NCBI RefSeq assembly: GCF_963853765.1
Contig: NC_088854.1
Coordinates: 22,754,001 to 22,818,000 of the forward strand
DNA length: 64,000 nt
From: Magallana gigas
Taxonomy: Eukaryota
Direction of reading: 5' to 3'
Positions 34,701 to 49,100 of this stretch are shown piece after piece (the stretch's first letter is position 1; the number at the start of each line of letters is the position of its first letter). Below the pieces are notes generated by a model. The model had not been told where the DNA came from. It saw only the letters and a list, made by a program, of their open reading frames with translations, and searched no databases. Made by a program: the position numbers and the translations under genes.

Positions 34701-37700
34701 TGTGGGTTTTTTTTAGCAGAAAAGTTTACTTAGCAGTACAAATGTACTCGTTCATACAGTGTAAATCATTCATTTTAAGTTTTTATTCCTGGAACTCAAT
34801 TTAGGCTAAGAATAATGGCCGCGATGCATCCTATCTGTGGGGCATATTTTATGTCAGTCACGGCTGAGGATTATTCCTATAGCAAAAATAAAACCCAGTT
34901 CCAGAGTGTTTATCGGCATACAAAATCTAACACGCATTCAACACACGTACACATTTATTTTGAATCATTTTTAATCATCGTTAATAATTGAATAGTTCAA
35001 TCCGCTTGAAGTGATGATGGATTGTTGCCGATTGTGCAAAGTTTGTAATTCTCAAAGGTACCACCGGCTATTTTCATCGAGAAGCATTTCTGTCTAGATG
35101 CAGAACAGTACCGTAAAAATCAATGCAAAGCAATGGATCTGCTTGGCTACAATCATAACTGTGATTTGACGAGGGCTTTGAATCGTTGCGCGGTATCTTA
35201 ATATTTTCTGCTTCGCTAACCAGAAGAAGAAGGAAACCCACTTAACCAGTCAATGAAATTAGTATTGGTCTCATCAGGTATGCCTGTATTTAGTTCTGAT
35301 GACGTAATGTTAATCTTATTCTTGGCCCTTTAACTCAAATTATATACCTATTTTGGTTGTTCGTGTGTAGAAAACTTATTCAGCACGATTGATTATACAA
35401 ATTAAGTCAATTGCATACGTTGTTGCTGAACTGTTCGCGTAAAGCGATTTCGATAAGAGTTAAAACGTACCACAAAGCCCTCGAACGAATGACAACGTAC
35501 TGCAGATCACGTTATTATCACAAGATGACGTGTATACGACAGAAAGCAAATAATATGAATTATAGTATACAATTGTATGTGCCTTTCACTTATTTTACTA
35601 GTTTTACTACACATGCATACTCTAATCTTGTCTGAGATTCTGCTCGCGGCTTGATATTTGGACTGACGCCTTCACCGAACCTTCATAATTAGAATTTTTG
35701 TCTGGAAATTACTGCCCCACCTTTGGTCGCTTGTCGCGGTTAAAATTGTTTATTATGTTTCTCGCTCGTTCCAGTTCTGCAGTTTCAGCATCCTTCTTAT
35801 CATGTATTCAAATTAAACCTGCATTCCATATCCCTAGTGAATCTTCCACAGATTTCATTTTTTAAATTTTTTGTGTCCATTTTCGCTTATCATTATTGGA
35901 AAGCTTGGTGATAATACACAGATGTTGAATTTAAGTTTAGAGATCTATGTAACAAGTTTGATTAGAAAAGGAAGAAAACGGTGGATAAATCGAACTAAAC
36001 ACAATAACAAATACTGTTGAAAAAAACCCTTTGTAATGGCTAAAAATGCAAAATATATTTATGTATCGAAACGACGTTGGAGATGCGATCGAGACACACA
36101 AATATCCCGACCAAAAGCGACCAAAGTGCAGACTTGAATAATAAAAGATGCCCAAAGTGTCGGAATAGGTGTCAGTTTTAATATCACACCTAGCCAATTC
36201 TCTGCCGACAGTAGGGTATTCTTATATCTATTCTTCCTCTGAGAGCATTATGGGGAAAAATTTTATGTGCTAAAATTTAACTTTAAATTTATTTTATGAG
36301 AAGTCTCAAAGACAACTATATTTACGTTTACTAGGGGGACTACATGTAGGTCGTTTGAGATAGCGAGATATCTAGAGAGTGAAAGGGTAATGATAAAATC
36401 GAACATTCTTTATGATGTGCTAAGATGTTCTTCAATTCATGAGTGGTCTCAATAACAACAACAATGTCCGCGTCTACTAAAGGACCCCGACAATCAAATG
36501 TTTGCCTTCCATTATTCTCAAATACTTAACATCAATTTGACACATTTCCGCCGTTTTCGGAGATGCGTCTCTTCAAATATTCCAAGACAACATATCGACC
36601 TTAATCGGAGAAAGCCAATGCAACCAAATTGATTGGCAAATAATGGATATTTATTGTTCCTGCCATCTTTAATTCCCTAACTAACTGTCCTTAAATACGA
36701 GACGATGATTAATCTTGTTGTAGGGACATCGTTTACGCCTCGGACTCCGATTACTACTTGGGAATACATGAACTGTATGGGACAAACATCATTACCATAA
36801 GGACCGATAATCCGGTACAGATTTGCAATAACCATCTGATAGACACTTGCATGCATTAAACAAATGGCTGGAAAATCCCTTTAAAAGCTGTCCACTTTCG
36901 GAAATGCATACACAAATGGGAAAGAATAATTTTCACAGGATTTTACGATTGATTGCTTTACATGTATGTTACCTGTGAACTAAATGTAAATAAGCATCTA
37001 GCTATTTAATGGGCTTAAAGGGGGGATTTGGCTATAATATAGATCACGAAAGAAACAACCCGGATGTGACTGAATCAAATAAACTTGCTTTTTTAAAGCA
37101 AGCTACGTGCACGAATCATCTTAGTTATTTCATGCGATTGCTTTACTCAGATCTGACCACGCTTTAAAAATTTTCGGTATGCACCTGGACATTGATATTT
37201 TGAAATACGTTTGCATGCATGGAAGACAGAAAAGTTGTTTCAAGTGGACTGGCATTGAAAAACGATACCCTATATGGACCATTGTATTGCTAAAACGATT
37301 TTTTAACCATTTAAAGTTTACTTGCCGGTTTAATTAGTATGGAACACTTTGGGATATCGATACCGATGAAAGTGCTTCATATTTAAAATATCAAACCAGT
37401 TTGAAAATTTTCAAAATGTACAATTTTTGCATGATCAAAAATGCATTTTCGCAAAAGTTAACCATTTTAAAAGCATCAATGTTCGCTTTTATGTAAGCGA
37501 TAGAAATTGTAGTCAAAAAGTTGGTAATTAGAATAGAATGTAAGTCGCCACAAACTATACGTGTATCATATGTAGTGCATAATCAATACAAAGAACATTG
37601 AATACATGTACGGATAGTGAAAAAATCATGATTTCGCCATGCTAAATTCAGGTTTTTTTGGTTTATTTTGGCATTATAAATAGAACTTACATCCAAAATC

Positions 37701-39446
37701 ATTATTGTAAAGATTACATTTATAAACAAAAAAATTATTATGTGAAAGAGAGAGAAAGATGAAGTTTTTTTTTAGAATTGCAAAAACACAAAAAAAACCC
37801 CCGTACTACTTCAAATTACTTGGCAATCTGACACAGTTGATTCAAACCAAAAAACAATCCTGTTTATATGGCAACACGTTCCATTTTATATAAGCACGTA
37901 TTTACAACAGAGAATCATGCAATATTAAAACCTAAATGAAGAAATCTGAAACCTGGTTTTGCTTTCTAATTAAAATGAATCACTTCAACTGTCCAAAAAG
38001 TTTGTAATGAAAACATTGCTTTTTCATTTTCATGAAACATTTGAAATGTTTCGAACAATATTAAAGATAATTTAATGTGTGGTTGTGATACACAGAACAG
38101 ATGAACGTTATTGTATTTTCCAAAAAATACATATTTTCTAGATGCAGAAACTGGTCTTAGTAAAGATTAATGTCTTTTTCGTGATAAGCAATTTAAAAAA
38201 AGAATAGATTAAATTTTTTAAATCACGAGTTTGCGTGAATATTTAGACTGTAATGATCGTCTTCAAAATATTGTGTTACATGTAATCATCAAAAGTTTTC
38301 TCTATGAAAACTAAGAATTAAATATTTTTCTCACATTTTAATAAGGAATTGTAGCTATTGAGTGACAAGAAGCTGTCAAGGGAACTGTAATTTTTTCACG
38401 TTCCGAGCAGCAGGTTTCTTTAAATTTTTAAATTCTTACATTTAGGTGAAAAATTTCAGACAATTTATCGATAAATTAAAAAAAAAACAAACTAAAATAA
38501 AACAAAAATTTAAAAACCAACAAAGAAATAAATCTATTCTCTTGAAAGGTTTTTTTTCACATTCAAACTATTTAGAACGATGCACTGACGTTACAAAACT
38601 ATACAAATAAAACAAACCAACAAACAAAAGGAAAAAAAGAAAAAGGAAGGTATACCCTAAATCTTTTTCACACATGCCAGTTAATAGTTAGCCACACTTA
38701 TAACACTACCTAATGTCCTACGTACTGCTTTATAGATTTTGTATAGCTGTTGGTGGCTATCATGATAAGATGTCATAAGAAAACTGAAATAGTATGTCTG
38801 GTCTTTGTATAGACATTTGAGAGTCAGAGACTTCTCATGCGCTTCCGCCTTTGGTATTTCCCATGAAGAAACAACCGAAAATGGTACATGTAAAGTCACA
38901 TATATGTGTCCTCCTATTACAAGTTTGTCTTTTAGGTGGTTCACAGACAGTATACACATGTATAAAAATACGTTTGCCTCATTCGCCCTAATTAAATGGG
39001 AAATTTAACAACATGACGGAACAGTGATCAGTAACTTTTTTTTTATAACACGGCTATGTGTCAGAAGCACGATTAGCACGAACAAAGTCTGTTACAAGCA
39101 AAAGCCAAATACATTTTGTAGCATGTACAGTGTGCCGGAGATTTATATGCCATTGCCAAGATGGCATATGTTTATTCGTATAAGGAACAAAATTTATTTT
39201 GTATTTGTATTAAATAGTACATGTACATTGTCTTTACAAAACAATCGTCATTTAAGGACAAAGTGAGTTGTTTCATATTTTATGACACACCTATACATGT
39301 ATGTCTACAACACATAAATTGAGACCAACGACTACATTAACATGCACTTCTTAAAATGCTAAGGTAAAAAATACATGCAGTACTAGTTTTTTTCCAAGAT
39401 ATAAAGAGTTAGACTATAAAATTCCACAATTAGTTTTAGAAAATGT

Positions 39447-39558
39447 CATGTTGTAAATTTTAAATTTACTGGGTGGCAGTAAATACAAAATTAACAACAA
39501 TTAAGACAAGTTGTACATTTTGTATTTACTGCCACGCGATAAATTCAAAATTTACATG
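39447..39558. mobile_element. Short fold-back/MITE-like element (~110 bp)
   Basis: Arms gtaaatttt(a/g)aattta....gtggcagtaaatacaaaat (39453-39491) and its complement (39517-39555), including a perfect 19-bp block. CATG on both outer flanks. Confidence 0.65.
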
Positions 39559-42500
39559 AAAAAAAACCGGGTATTTTCTCCTCTTTGTGTTTTTAATGAT
39601 TATGAACATAGTGTTGACACCGGTGTTCGCACACTTGTTTACCCTTAAAGGAAGGAGTCTCTTCAAACTTTTGATTCATCAAATATCAAAAGAACATTAA
39701 TTCGCAAAAAATAATCATTATCTTGAGAACCTTAAACGTTTATAGTTTTCTTTTATTCTAATAAGTGTACAACTTGACAAAGAAATGACGGCGGGACAAT
39801 GGTGAAATAAAATATCACACGTCTCTGCAAGTCAAAGTAACAATGAATAAATCAAACATATTTCTACAATTTATTTTCTTAACAATATGAATTTCTAAAT
39901 TGAAATTGGAGTTAATTGTAGAATATAAGTGAAACACAATTTCTCAAACCAATTACTATTTACCAGTTGTTAACTTTTGTAACAACTTAAATTAAGTACA
40001 AAAACAATAGAAATTGTGTTTCATTTCTTATTTGATGGTCAACATTTTTGCTTTTCCGACAATTGATGCATTTTTATGATGTTGTAATCATATATTAGAT
40101 TTAAATGTATATAAGAAGAATGGATGAATACAGAATATACCTTGAATATTAAAGATAATAGGTAAATCCGTTTAGCCGATGTCCTTTTTAGTAAAATCGT
40201 AATAATCTTAAATTGCATTGGTAGTAAATAATCTGAAAGACATTTTGTGGCATTAACCTCTTTTTACCAAGTAAGAACATATTCATATTTAGAAATAGGA
40301 GTAGGTGTCAAATAATTAGCTTCATCCATTTTAAAACTTAAACATGTTTAATGTTAAACGTTTGCAGAGAAACATTCACAGACAGACCAATGAAGAAGTG
40401 GTTTCCTCAAATTATTAAGTACTTTTATATTTGTTTTGGTCCATGGTTTTAAAACCCCTGGTCAAACCCGAGCTTAATATATATGTACACATTGAGAAGG
40501 TGGTCAATAGTTATAACACTGATCAAGTCAACATCTGAGCCTTGTATTCAGTTTCAAATGACTTTTGCCTTAATTCCATTCCCGATATTGTGAAAATGTC
40601 GCCTCTCCTATATGGTCGTTGCTGTGCATGCGTCAGTACATATGTGCGATGTACAAATGTGCCTACCAGGGAAAAAATCGGGATAGTTTGGTTTTAAAAA
40701 TGGTTTTATAACTGGAGTGTTTGATGGTTTTGTTTGTACAGTCTTCATGTTGCCATGGTTTTTAAGTTCCTAATACTGATCATATCAGCCTTACTGTATA
40801 CAGTTTATTTGCTGTATATACACAATTTATGTTTATGTTTTTAAAAGTCTTCCAATATCGATATGCTCACCCATCAATTACTACTGGAATAGTTTTTCTC
40901 TTTATCTTTCCCCTTCTCTCATTAAATATTTTTAAATTGAACAAAAAATGAGTGTAAAGCTCATCAACAAAACTTTGAGCATCTGTCAAATTAAATACAG
41001 TATATGCAAACAAATTATTGTAGAAAAGTATATAGTTTTGTTGATCGAGATGTAAGTGCAGAGCAAAGCGTTTGTGAAACAATGATATATGACACAAAAT
41101 TTCATCAAAACGTTTTTGAAAACAAAACATTTTCACTATGCCGAACAATTTCAAAGCTTTTGTCATAGAAGCGTGGCATACGACAGGAAGACATGAATAC
41201 ATACCAAAAATGGCCGTGACTCCACAACATTTTAGGAATTCAGGACGTGTAGGGGGAAGCAAAAACAGCCGTACAATGGGTGTTTTGTTCTCTTCTATTG
41301 AAACCAATAATCAATTTTTGCGCGACAATCACATTGTCACAGAAAAACAATAGTTCCAAAAAGGGCAACTAGAAGCAAACATGCATAAAACTTGCTGCTG
41401 AATAAAACCCACTCTGTTGATCATTTTATGGGATGTCACTCAGAAATTGGTTCGTCAATGTCCCTCGGTAGGAGCCGAATCCATTCTACTTTAAAAGCAA
41501 TCTCTGCTACTACGTCACTGAGCGCGACAATCCAGGAGAAAAAAACCCTTAAGCCTCCTATAGAGGGCGTTATGTTCACAATTTCAAAAAAAAAATCTGT
41601 ATATTGCAACTTGAAATAAGAAACTGCGATCAATTCAACGAGAATTAATATTTCTTCCAAGCGAGACAAAGGCTTTCTTTATCATGTGTAAAATAAATCG
41701 ATGGGAAAAGCCTTTCTCTTATTGTCCCCTGTAAAGTCTAGAAGATTAGGGATGTGCTTGGAATATAGTAGCGATGTTATGTCAGTTTTAATACTCTTTT
41801 CAGGAGTAGCATAGCAATTAATCGAAATAAAGTCTAATTCTGTTAGATTCATTCCACTGTCAGTGACTTCTCTTCACTAATTATGCGCTAGCTGCCTTCT
41901 CACACACCCAAATGATATAGAAAAGTTGGCTGTTTGCTCAAAACATAAAAATGATTCCTCTTCTGAATGTTAAAGTGATTACGGTGCCATTATCAAAGGC
42001 TAGAAATTCGTCACTTAGCGTTTAGCAATAAATAGGAATCGATTTGAACATGAAATCGATACATGGAGAGAATACGGGTTATCCTACATTACACCATTCA
42101 CACTCAGATATACACACAGGAATCGGAGAAAGTTGACTCAATAATATCAAGCACAAAAATATCAAAAACACAATACGGATCCAGTATCAACGTCTTAGAC
42201 GGTTCTTTCATGTATACAACCTGAATCGGGCTCCACTGAGTGTTTGATCCTTCTGTACATTTCGACACATTCAATTCCGTGTTTTATCCTCTGTGTTTTC
42301 AACACACACAAAAAATTCTGTTTAACCTCTTCATGTTTTCAGAGAGGCAAGGCATTTTTAACGAAAAGTTATTTTTAAATAGGTCGAAGTGGCAGATGTT
42401 TTTCTACAATTTCCAGGGAACTTCGGCTACATAAAAAAACAGATAACCTCCTCGATGTAGAAGGTTCATCTTCCCTGTTGCCAAGGAAACGTATATCATC

Positions 42501-43154
42501 TATTACAATGTATTGGATGAAGTGGAATTTGTTTGAAAATAGATACAGATTTTGATTTAATATGCCCACGATTGTTTACGCTTGATGAAGGCGGGGTCAT
42601 ATTTCGTGAGTTTCGGAGAATAATTGCTAATACAAAAACAGTATGACATTATTTGATAACTTGTTTGATTTAATGAAAGCCTTTTGAGTCGAAAGAGGTG
42701 TTATGTCTATATCAGATGAAATGAATAAAAACATGATAGGGTTGTAGAAAAGTATTATGGATTACGATATGATTAATGTGCATCATAAAATCTCCAAAAA
42801 GGACAGTTCTTATAACATATCATAAATTAACCCAGTTAAAAGATTGGTGCGATAAAATATTAATATTTATTGAGCAAAGCATTGTTACAACGCACTTTGA
42901 AAAATTACGCACTTTGAAAATTACATTTACATATGATCAAGGTTCACATCTTTGAGATACATGAAGGTATTCCATTATTCCTTTACTAATTAACACCTGT
43001 AAATCAATACCGGCAAGAACACTGGTATCTTTAAATCGAACTCAACGCCGATTGGAAAGGGGTTGGGGGTCAGCTCCATAATAACAGACAATTTATAGCT
43101 TACAAGTACGTTCTTGTACCTTGTATATAAGATGTAATTTAATTTATTTTTTAA

Positions 43155-43533
43155 TCATTTAATTCTGGTTGTAACGCGGCATTTGATTGGATAGAAAAAT
43201 TTAGTTATATTTGTATAACCTGATTTGCACGCCACAAGACACGTCACAATGCACCAACGTCAAAAACGTACTAATCCGCTTGACATTACGTTTGAATTTT
43301 GAACAGATTAATATCATTTTTAAAAGTAAAACGGACTCAATTTGTACAGCAAATTACAGAAAATTAAATTATAAGGAATGAACTCAATATCTCTCCAAGT
43401 TATACTCCGTATAACCTGGGTTGGAGCAATTTACTTTTTTTTATAATCCGCTTCGCGGATTATAAAGCGTAAATTGCCCCAACCCAGGTTATACCAGTAT
43501 AACTTGGGTAGGCATTGAGTTCATTCCCTAAAT
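43155..43533. mobile_element. Non-autonomous element ending in a ~160-bp near-perfect palindrome (family unassigned, possibly Crypton-type)
   Basis: Arms 43372-43451 and 43455-43530 around a TTC loop (TTATAATCCGC-TTC-GCGGATTATAA). The palindrome is directly seen; the left boundary and family are inference. Confidence 0.6.
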
Positions 43534-43812
43534 AATACAATAATTCAAGGAATATAAAAAAAACCACATTCAGAAATCATGAAGGTTTCATCATTAATGC
43601 AATCTTAATACATTTAGCTTTCCAGGAAAGCAAGTGTGAAGATGACTTCTAGTTCTTTTATTATAAGAAGATTACGACCCCATGATGCCTCCTCAGCAGG
43701 AGCAGGTAAGTAAAGCTAAGAAGTAATAAGAAGGAAGGGAAAGGATAAGCGCTGTTCATTAACAGGAAATGCATTTCATGATTTGAACGTATTTGTTAAG
43801 CACATAAATGTA

Positions 43813-44015
43813 CATGCGCGGATCCAGAAAATTTTTCATGGGGGGGGGGGGGTCCGATGCACGGCTATTTCAGTTTGCCGGGGGGAGGGGGCATATTTTT
43901 GGTAATTTTATAATGTAATTAGAAGAAATACAAACAGGAACTCTGCAGGGACTCCAGACCCGCCATAACCCCCCTCTCTGGACCTGCCTTAACACCCCCT
44001 CTAGACCTGCGCATA
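43813..44015. mobile_element. Degenerate G/C-tract MITE (~200 bp)
   Basis: Imperfect TIRs CATGCGCGGATCCAGA / TCTAGACCTGCGCATA, with internal poly-G then poly-C tracts. Flanks taaatgta / tacatgta may be an eroded 8-bp TSD. Confidence 0.6.
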
Positions 44016-46146
44016 CATGTATGCGATTTGAATTGGAACTGCTTGAGACGTTCTTTAATTACAATTACATGTATGTCGTATAAAATAGCAATATATTTGA
44101 CATGACGCAATAAAGAGTGTATTTTTAGACCAAAGCATGTAACATCCCTTATCTTTGAACAGCATTAGACAACTTTATTACCGTGTAAAATGTACTTCTT
44201 ATGAAAAAAATTCAAAGTTAGTCTGAAACTTGCTGGATTATACTCTATCCTAATTGCTTCTAGACTGAGGATGATGTAAGGATATATTGGCCATAAACAG
44301 TGTCATTAAACTGTTTCATTTTCTTTTGACCTTTATTAAAATTTAATGACATTTTTACTTTGACAAGAAGTGTAGTTAGTTATCTTGTTTATAATTTCTA
44401 AAATTGCAAATGTGCACGGCTTAAAATCAACAGACTTTATATCTATTTTAATACCATTATGCAGGCTTTTTTTTTTAAATTTTAAGCTGCAAGCTAAGAA
44501 TTTTAAGTTGATGAGACCTTTTGCACAATGTATTTAAAAAATATAATATGTTATTAAAAGGAAAGTCCATTGCCCATGAACCTTCGATCATTGCATGCTA
44601 TATTGTATTTTGTTTTAGATTTGTAATCACTCCTAATTGAAAACGAGGCACGCAAAATCTGAGCGGAAAATCCGAAGGCATCCACAGACAGGACAATACA
44701 ATTAATATCATTGCAGTGCATTCTGCTGTGGGACATATATACTCCGGGAATGTATAGGGGACCGAACAACTATTGATCGTAAAGTGTATGCTTAGTTTCA
44801 TCATGTTTAGGATGATATTCTGTCTTTTTTATTGCCTAATTGCTCCAGTGTAGTTCCCCGTCTGGATTTTATATTCCTGCGAGCCATTTGACGAGCTTTG
44901 ACAAATATCCCCACGGTGGGTTAGTGGGTTATCATTGAATTGTACACGAGTCATTTGTTTGCATACATTTTTCATAACAAATGTGTCGATGCAGAAATTA
45001 GCAACTTAATTCTAATTAGATAAATCTACCACAGAGATTTGAAGTTATAAGGCAACGTTTAAAATTTCAGATCTTATGTCTTTTTTTTCAGAATCACGAT
45101 TGTGTATTTGTAATCGTATTGTTAATTTAAAAGTACTCAATGCTAGTACTGCAATATGTCAATACTGCTACTTTAGCATTAAATTTATCTGTGCTAGAGA
45201 TTATCTATTCCGGCTAAACTACTTCAAAAACTCGAAAATCGTTGCTAAAATTAACTTTTATTCCGTACGGTGACTCGAATTACCTCACTGGACGTGTAAA
45301 CCACGGCGTAGTTTAATTTAGGTGTCATTCATGATAATGATTATAACTGTTGTTGAACGTCTTTGCTGAATGCTCGGATATATACTCGTACACTGATAAG
45401 TGACGTCAACAACAACAACAAAAAATGAAAGCCTTGCAAGAGTTATATTAGAACACGTAAATAAATGCACCTCGTTCCTACTGCCATTATGTCGCACAAA
45501 ATGTAGTCTTATCCTATAAACGATGGATAAATCACAGAGATTTCCCATTTCCATTATCATTCCATATTTAGGACTACCGTATTACCCATGTAAATCCTTT
45601 ACTTCTGGCAAATCAAGCAAGTCTCCATTAATGTCGGATTCTGCATGTCGTGCAATAAATTTCATACGGAATTTCGGTCAATTTATTGAACATGCACACG
45701 ATAGATGCTTTATCAAAAGTTTGGATTTATAAATGATTTTTTTAAGAACTGAATCTGCGTCGCATGATCAATTTCTGTAGTTGCATTAAGAGAAAGTTAT
45801 GGGTTTTTAAACAAACGATTTTAATTTCATCATCACTGGCGTAATTTGAATATTCATCGTCAGTGCCATGCAAATGAGGCGGAAACATTGTATAAGAAAT
45901 CGATTAGATAATAAAACAAATTGGTTGTAGCTTTTTCTACTCATTACACTTCGCTATGCAGTTCATTATTTCTGGTAGATTAAATGCTATTTTCTGCTTG
46001 TCTAGGTCTCTTCGTAATGGGATTGGAGGACTTCACTCAAGTTTTGCATGAAATTCGATCCTGGTTTCAAAGAGTATTAAAAGAAAGAAAGATAATGCAG
46101 TGAGTTGTTACATGAAATAGTGACGTGCGTTGAAAAGTTATCCATT

Positions 46147-46149
<3 letters not shown>

Positions 46150-46191
<42 letters not shown>
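46150..46191. repeat. (GA)21 microsatellite
   Basis: Direct reading. Confidence 0.95.
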
Positions 46192-46194
<3 letters not shown>

Positions 46195-49100
46195 CTTATA
46201 TCGACTCGACAAAATGAAGTTCTCGTGAGAGTTATCGAAATGTCTGAGTTTATATAAACATCTGACTGACGATTCGTGAAAACGGTTACATGTAAGCGAA
46301 GACGCGAATTTATACGAAAATAAAATATCGCAAAATAAAAGAGAGTTTCAGTACCATGTAAAAACCGTACTCATCCGATATATTTTAAATGCGCATGTAG
46401 GATTCAATCTTATACATGTAACGTACATGGAGATAAAGTGTGACTCTGATTGTGATAAACAATTTTGAGACAATATATTCAAGGTACGTTAATAAGAAAG
46501 TTTACGAAAAAATGATAAAATAGTGATTTTATTTACCAACCTCAACGCCAATTGAAAAGGTAATTATAATTAAGAAGTAACAAAATGTGTTTTCCTGTAT
46601 CATCTCTACACTACGAGAATATATCTGATTATAGCTTACCGCATGTGTATATCTTCTGTTCGCACTAATTGTGACCACCATGCGCTACATATTCTGAACA
46701 ATAAGTGTTGATAAATAGTTTATTTACTCACCATGTTTTACAATCAAGTTCAGATGATAAACAGATGTTGCACGACTACTGGAAAATTTTACGGACAAAA
46801 ATCAATTTACCAGTCGTATATCTAACTCTATATCTGCGGTGAAAAGACGAGGTGTGGTAGATGTAATTAATACTTAAGATCTTCATTACACCATGTCGTG
46901 ATCAAATGTAAATATCTAATTGTTTACTCAAAAAATTCAAGAGGACTAAAGACTGTCACTGTCAGAAACAATCAAAATCATTATTGCTCAAATTTTTTTA
47001 TCAAAGATTTAACAATAGATATCTGCCAAAGGGGCTCTTATTTCAAGTTGAAAATTAATTGTAGATCAATATTAAGAAAACAATGAATAAAACCTGTTAC
47101 AATCGATACTTGTCAACGTTTTCTTAACTCAATCAAAGGCAAGAATTTGTGGACATTCTTATTTCATTCTGACACGAAATGCAACGGAATTCATGATTTT
47201 ACAAGTACAGTTGCATTGACAGTTTGAAATTTCAATCTAATTGCATGTAAGTAAACCTGTGAATACTCAATCATATCATTCGAAGTCTCTTTTATTAAAT
47301 CAGCTGTATATGGTTATAAAAGTCAACGGTTTTCGTTATTCCGCTCATAGAGTTCGCCCGCATGGGTTATTTTAAAACCAAAATCAGGAGTAAATTTCAT
47401 TTCATTTTGGAGTTTGTTGAGGACAAGATCTCTGATATTTGGAGTAACAACTGTTCACCTGTAAACATTGACCAATAATGATAAACATCAAATGATCTTT
47501 CTCTCGAGACGATGCTGCATTAAAGCAAGAGGTTTTTATATACATGTACAAGGCATATACATGTAGATAAGGTCGAGAACAGGTGTCTAATTGTATTTTA
47601 TAGTTACTCATATTATATGGAGTCTCAAATCACTATATCAAGTCTGCCTATAACATAACCTTAAATTATTATATCAAGTGAACCTATATTGCTGCAAGGC
47701 ATCATTTTCTATGGTACTGGAGGTGCACTGTTTGTTTCAACAAATGATTCTACAGGTCTGGGCACCTTGTAATAATACTTGCTATATGTATTTAGACAAG
47801 TTTGACGGGGGGGGGGGGTGGGGTGTTAAGTCACACAAGGAATTCAAACAACAAAACATGCAAAAGGAGATAAAAAAAAACATTCCAGTGAAAATTTCAA
47901 ATGTAAAAAACCCTAGCAGCAAACTAGCAGAAACACTCTGATTTACAAGAAAGTTTGTGGCAGACTCTTCACTTTAGCAAGTAAGACGGATGTTTGTTTT
48001 TTCTAGGGCCTCATTTTCGCTAATTAGCGCTAGATATCTGTAGGGTTGTCGGGTGAGAGCGTCTGAAGTAATCAAAATCAAACTGACTCTTTCTCCTTTC
48101 GAGTGTTTTCAAAACAAGTAGATAAATGTTGCACGGATCGCCAGCTGTGGCACCTTGTCTACAGAGACTCACTTTTATACATACGTGAACGTATATATAC
48201 ATGTTAATACGGCAAACAAATTCACACTGTACTGATTCTTAAGGAGGCTGTTTGGTCAATAAGTTAACCATCAGATCTACCTTGAGTCTTTAAATATGAT
48301 TGATTTTTATCCTCAAATTATCATTAAATGAAAAAAAAAACATTTAAATATCTTGCTTTATAATTGAAAAGACTAAACTTTATACAGAGCTCTCTTGTTT
48401 AATATAGTAATCCACAAATGGTCAGAATCATTCGGTCTTCTCTTAAAATGACAATACAAACGATTCTTTATGCGATTCATATGCAAATTCCTGTGGAAAT
48501 TTTGTAGATAATACCCATACAACCATATCCAAGCTCTGTTTCTTACGAAGTAATCTATGTTCAAGTGCATGTCTGTTTGCTCAATTTCCTTACATTATCT
48601 TTGCATGTTTTAATTATATTTCACACATGGTTCACAAACAATAGGAACGAAACGTGTACCGAAAAGAAGAAAAAAGTTAATCAAACAGGCGATAACGCCC
48701 AATTGATGTTGGTAAACAATATTGAGTAACGTGATTTTCGAACAATTGACCCCCCCCCCCCCTCCCCTCTTCTCGTATCTGAAATAATAATAAAACACGT
48801 GATCTTTATAAATCATTCGTCAGAGATCATCGGAAAGTATTTTTGAAAAGAAAGAACCGCTGCATGACAAATTAATTAAATGATACCATATGGCAAACTG
48901 AAACGTCTGACATTTTTGTCTATCTCCATGGTAAAATTTCAAAAGAGCCTGAAAAAAGCATTGAAACGATGACAGTTGTTCGTCGCATTTCAAAGACTGT
49001 GTAATACTACCTACACGATGATGCAGATACTGGAGAATGACCGCGTGTAGAACAGGCCTTCGTACAAAGCACTTGTATTTCTGGATCAAAAATGGCATTT

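Noticed and set aside
40867-41307. 146-aa minus ORF
   Set aside because: No recognisable homology; F/L/I-rich composition typical of AT-rich non-coding frames.
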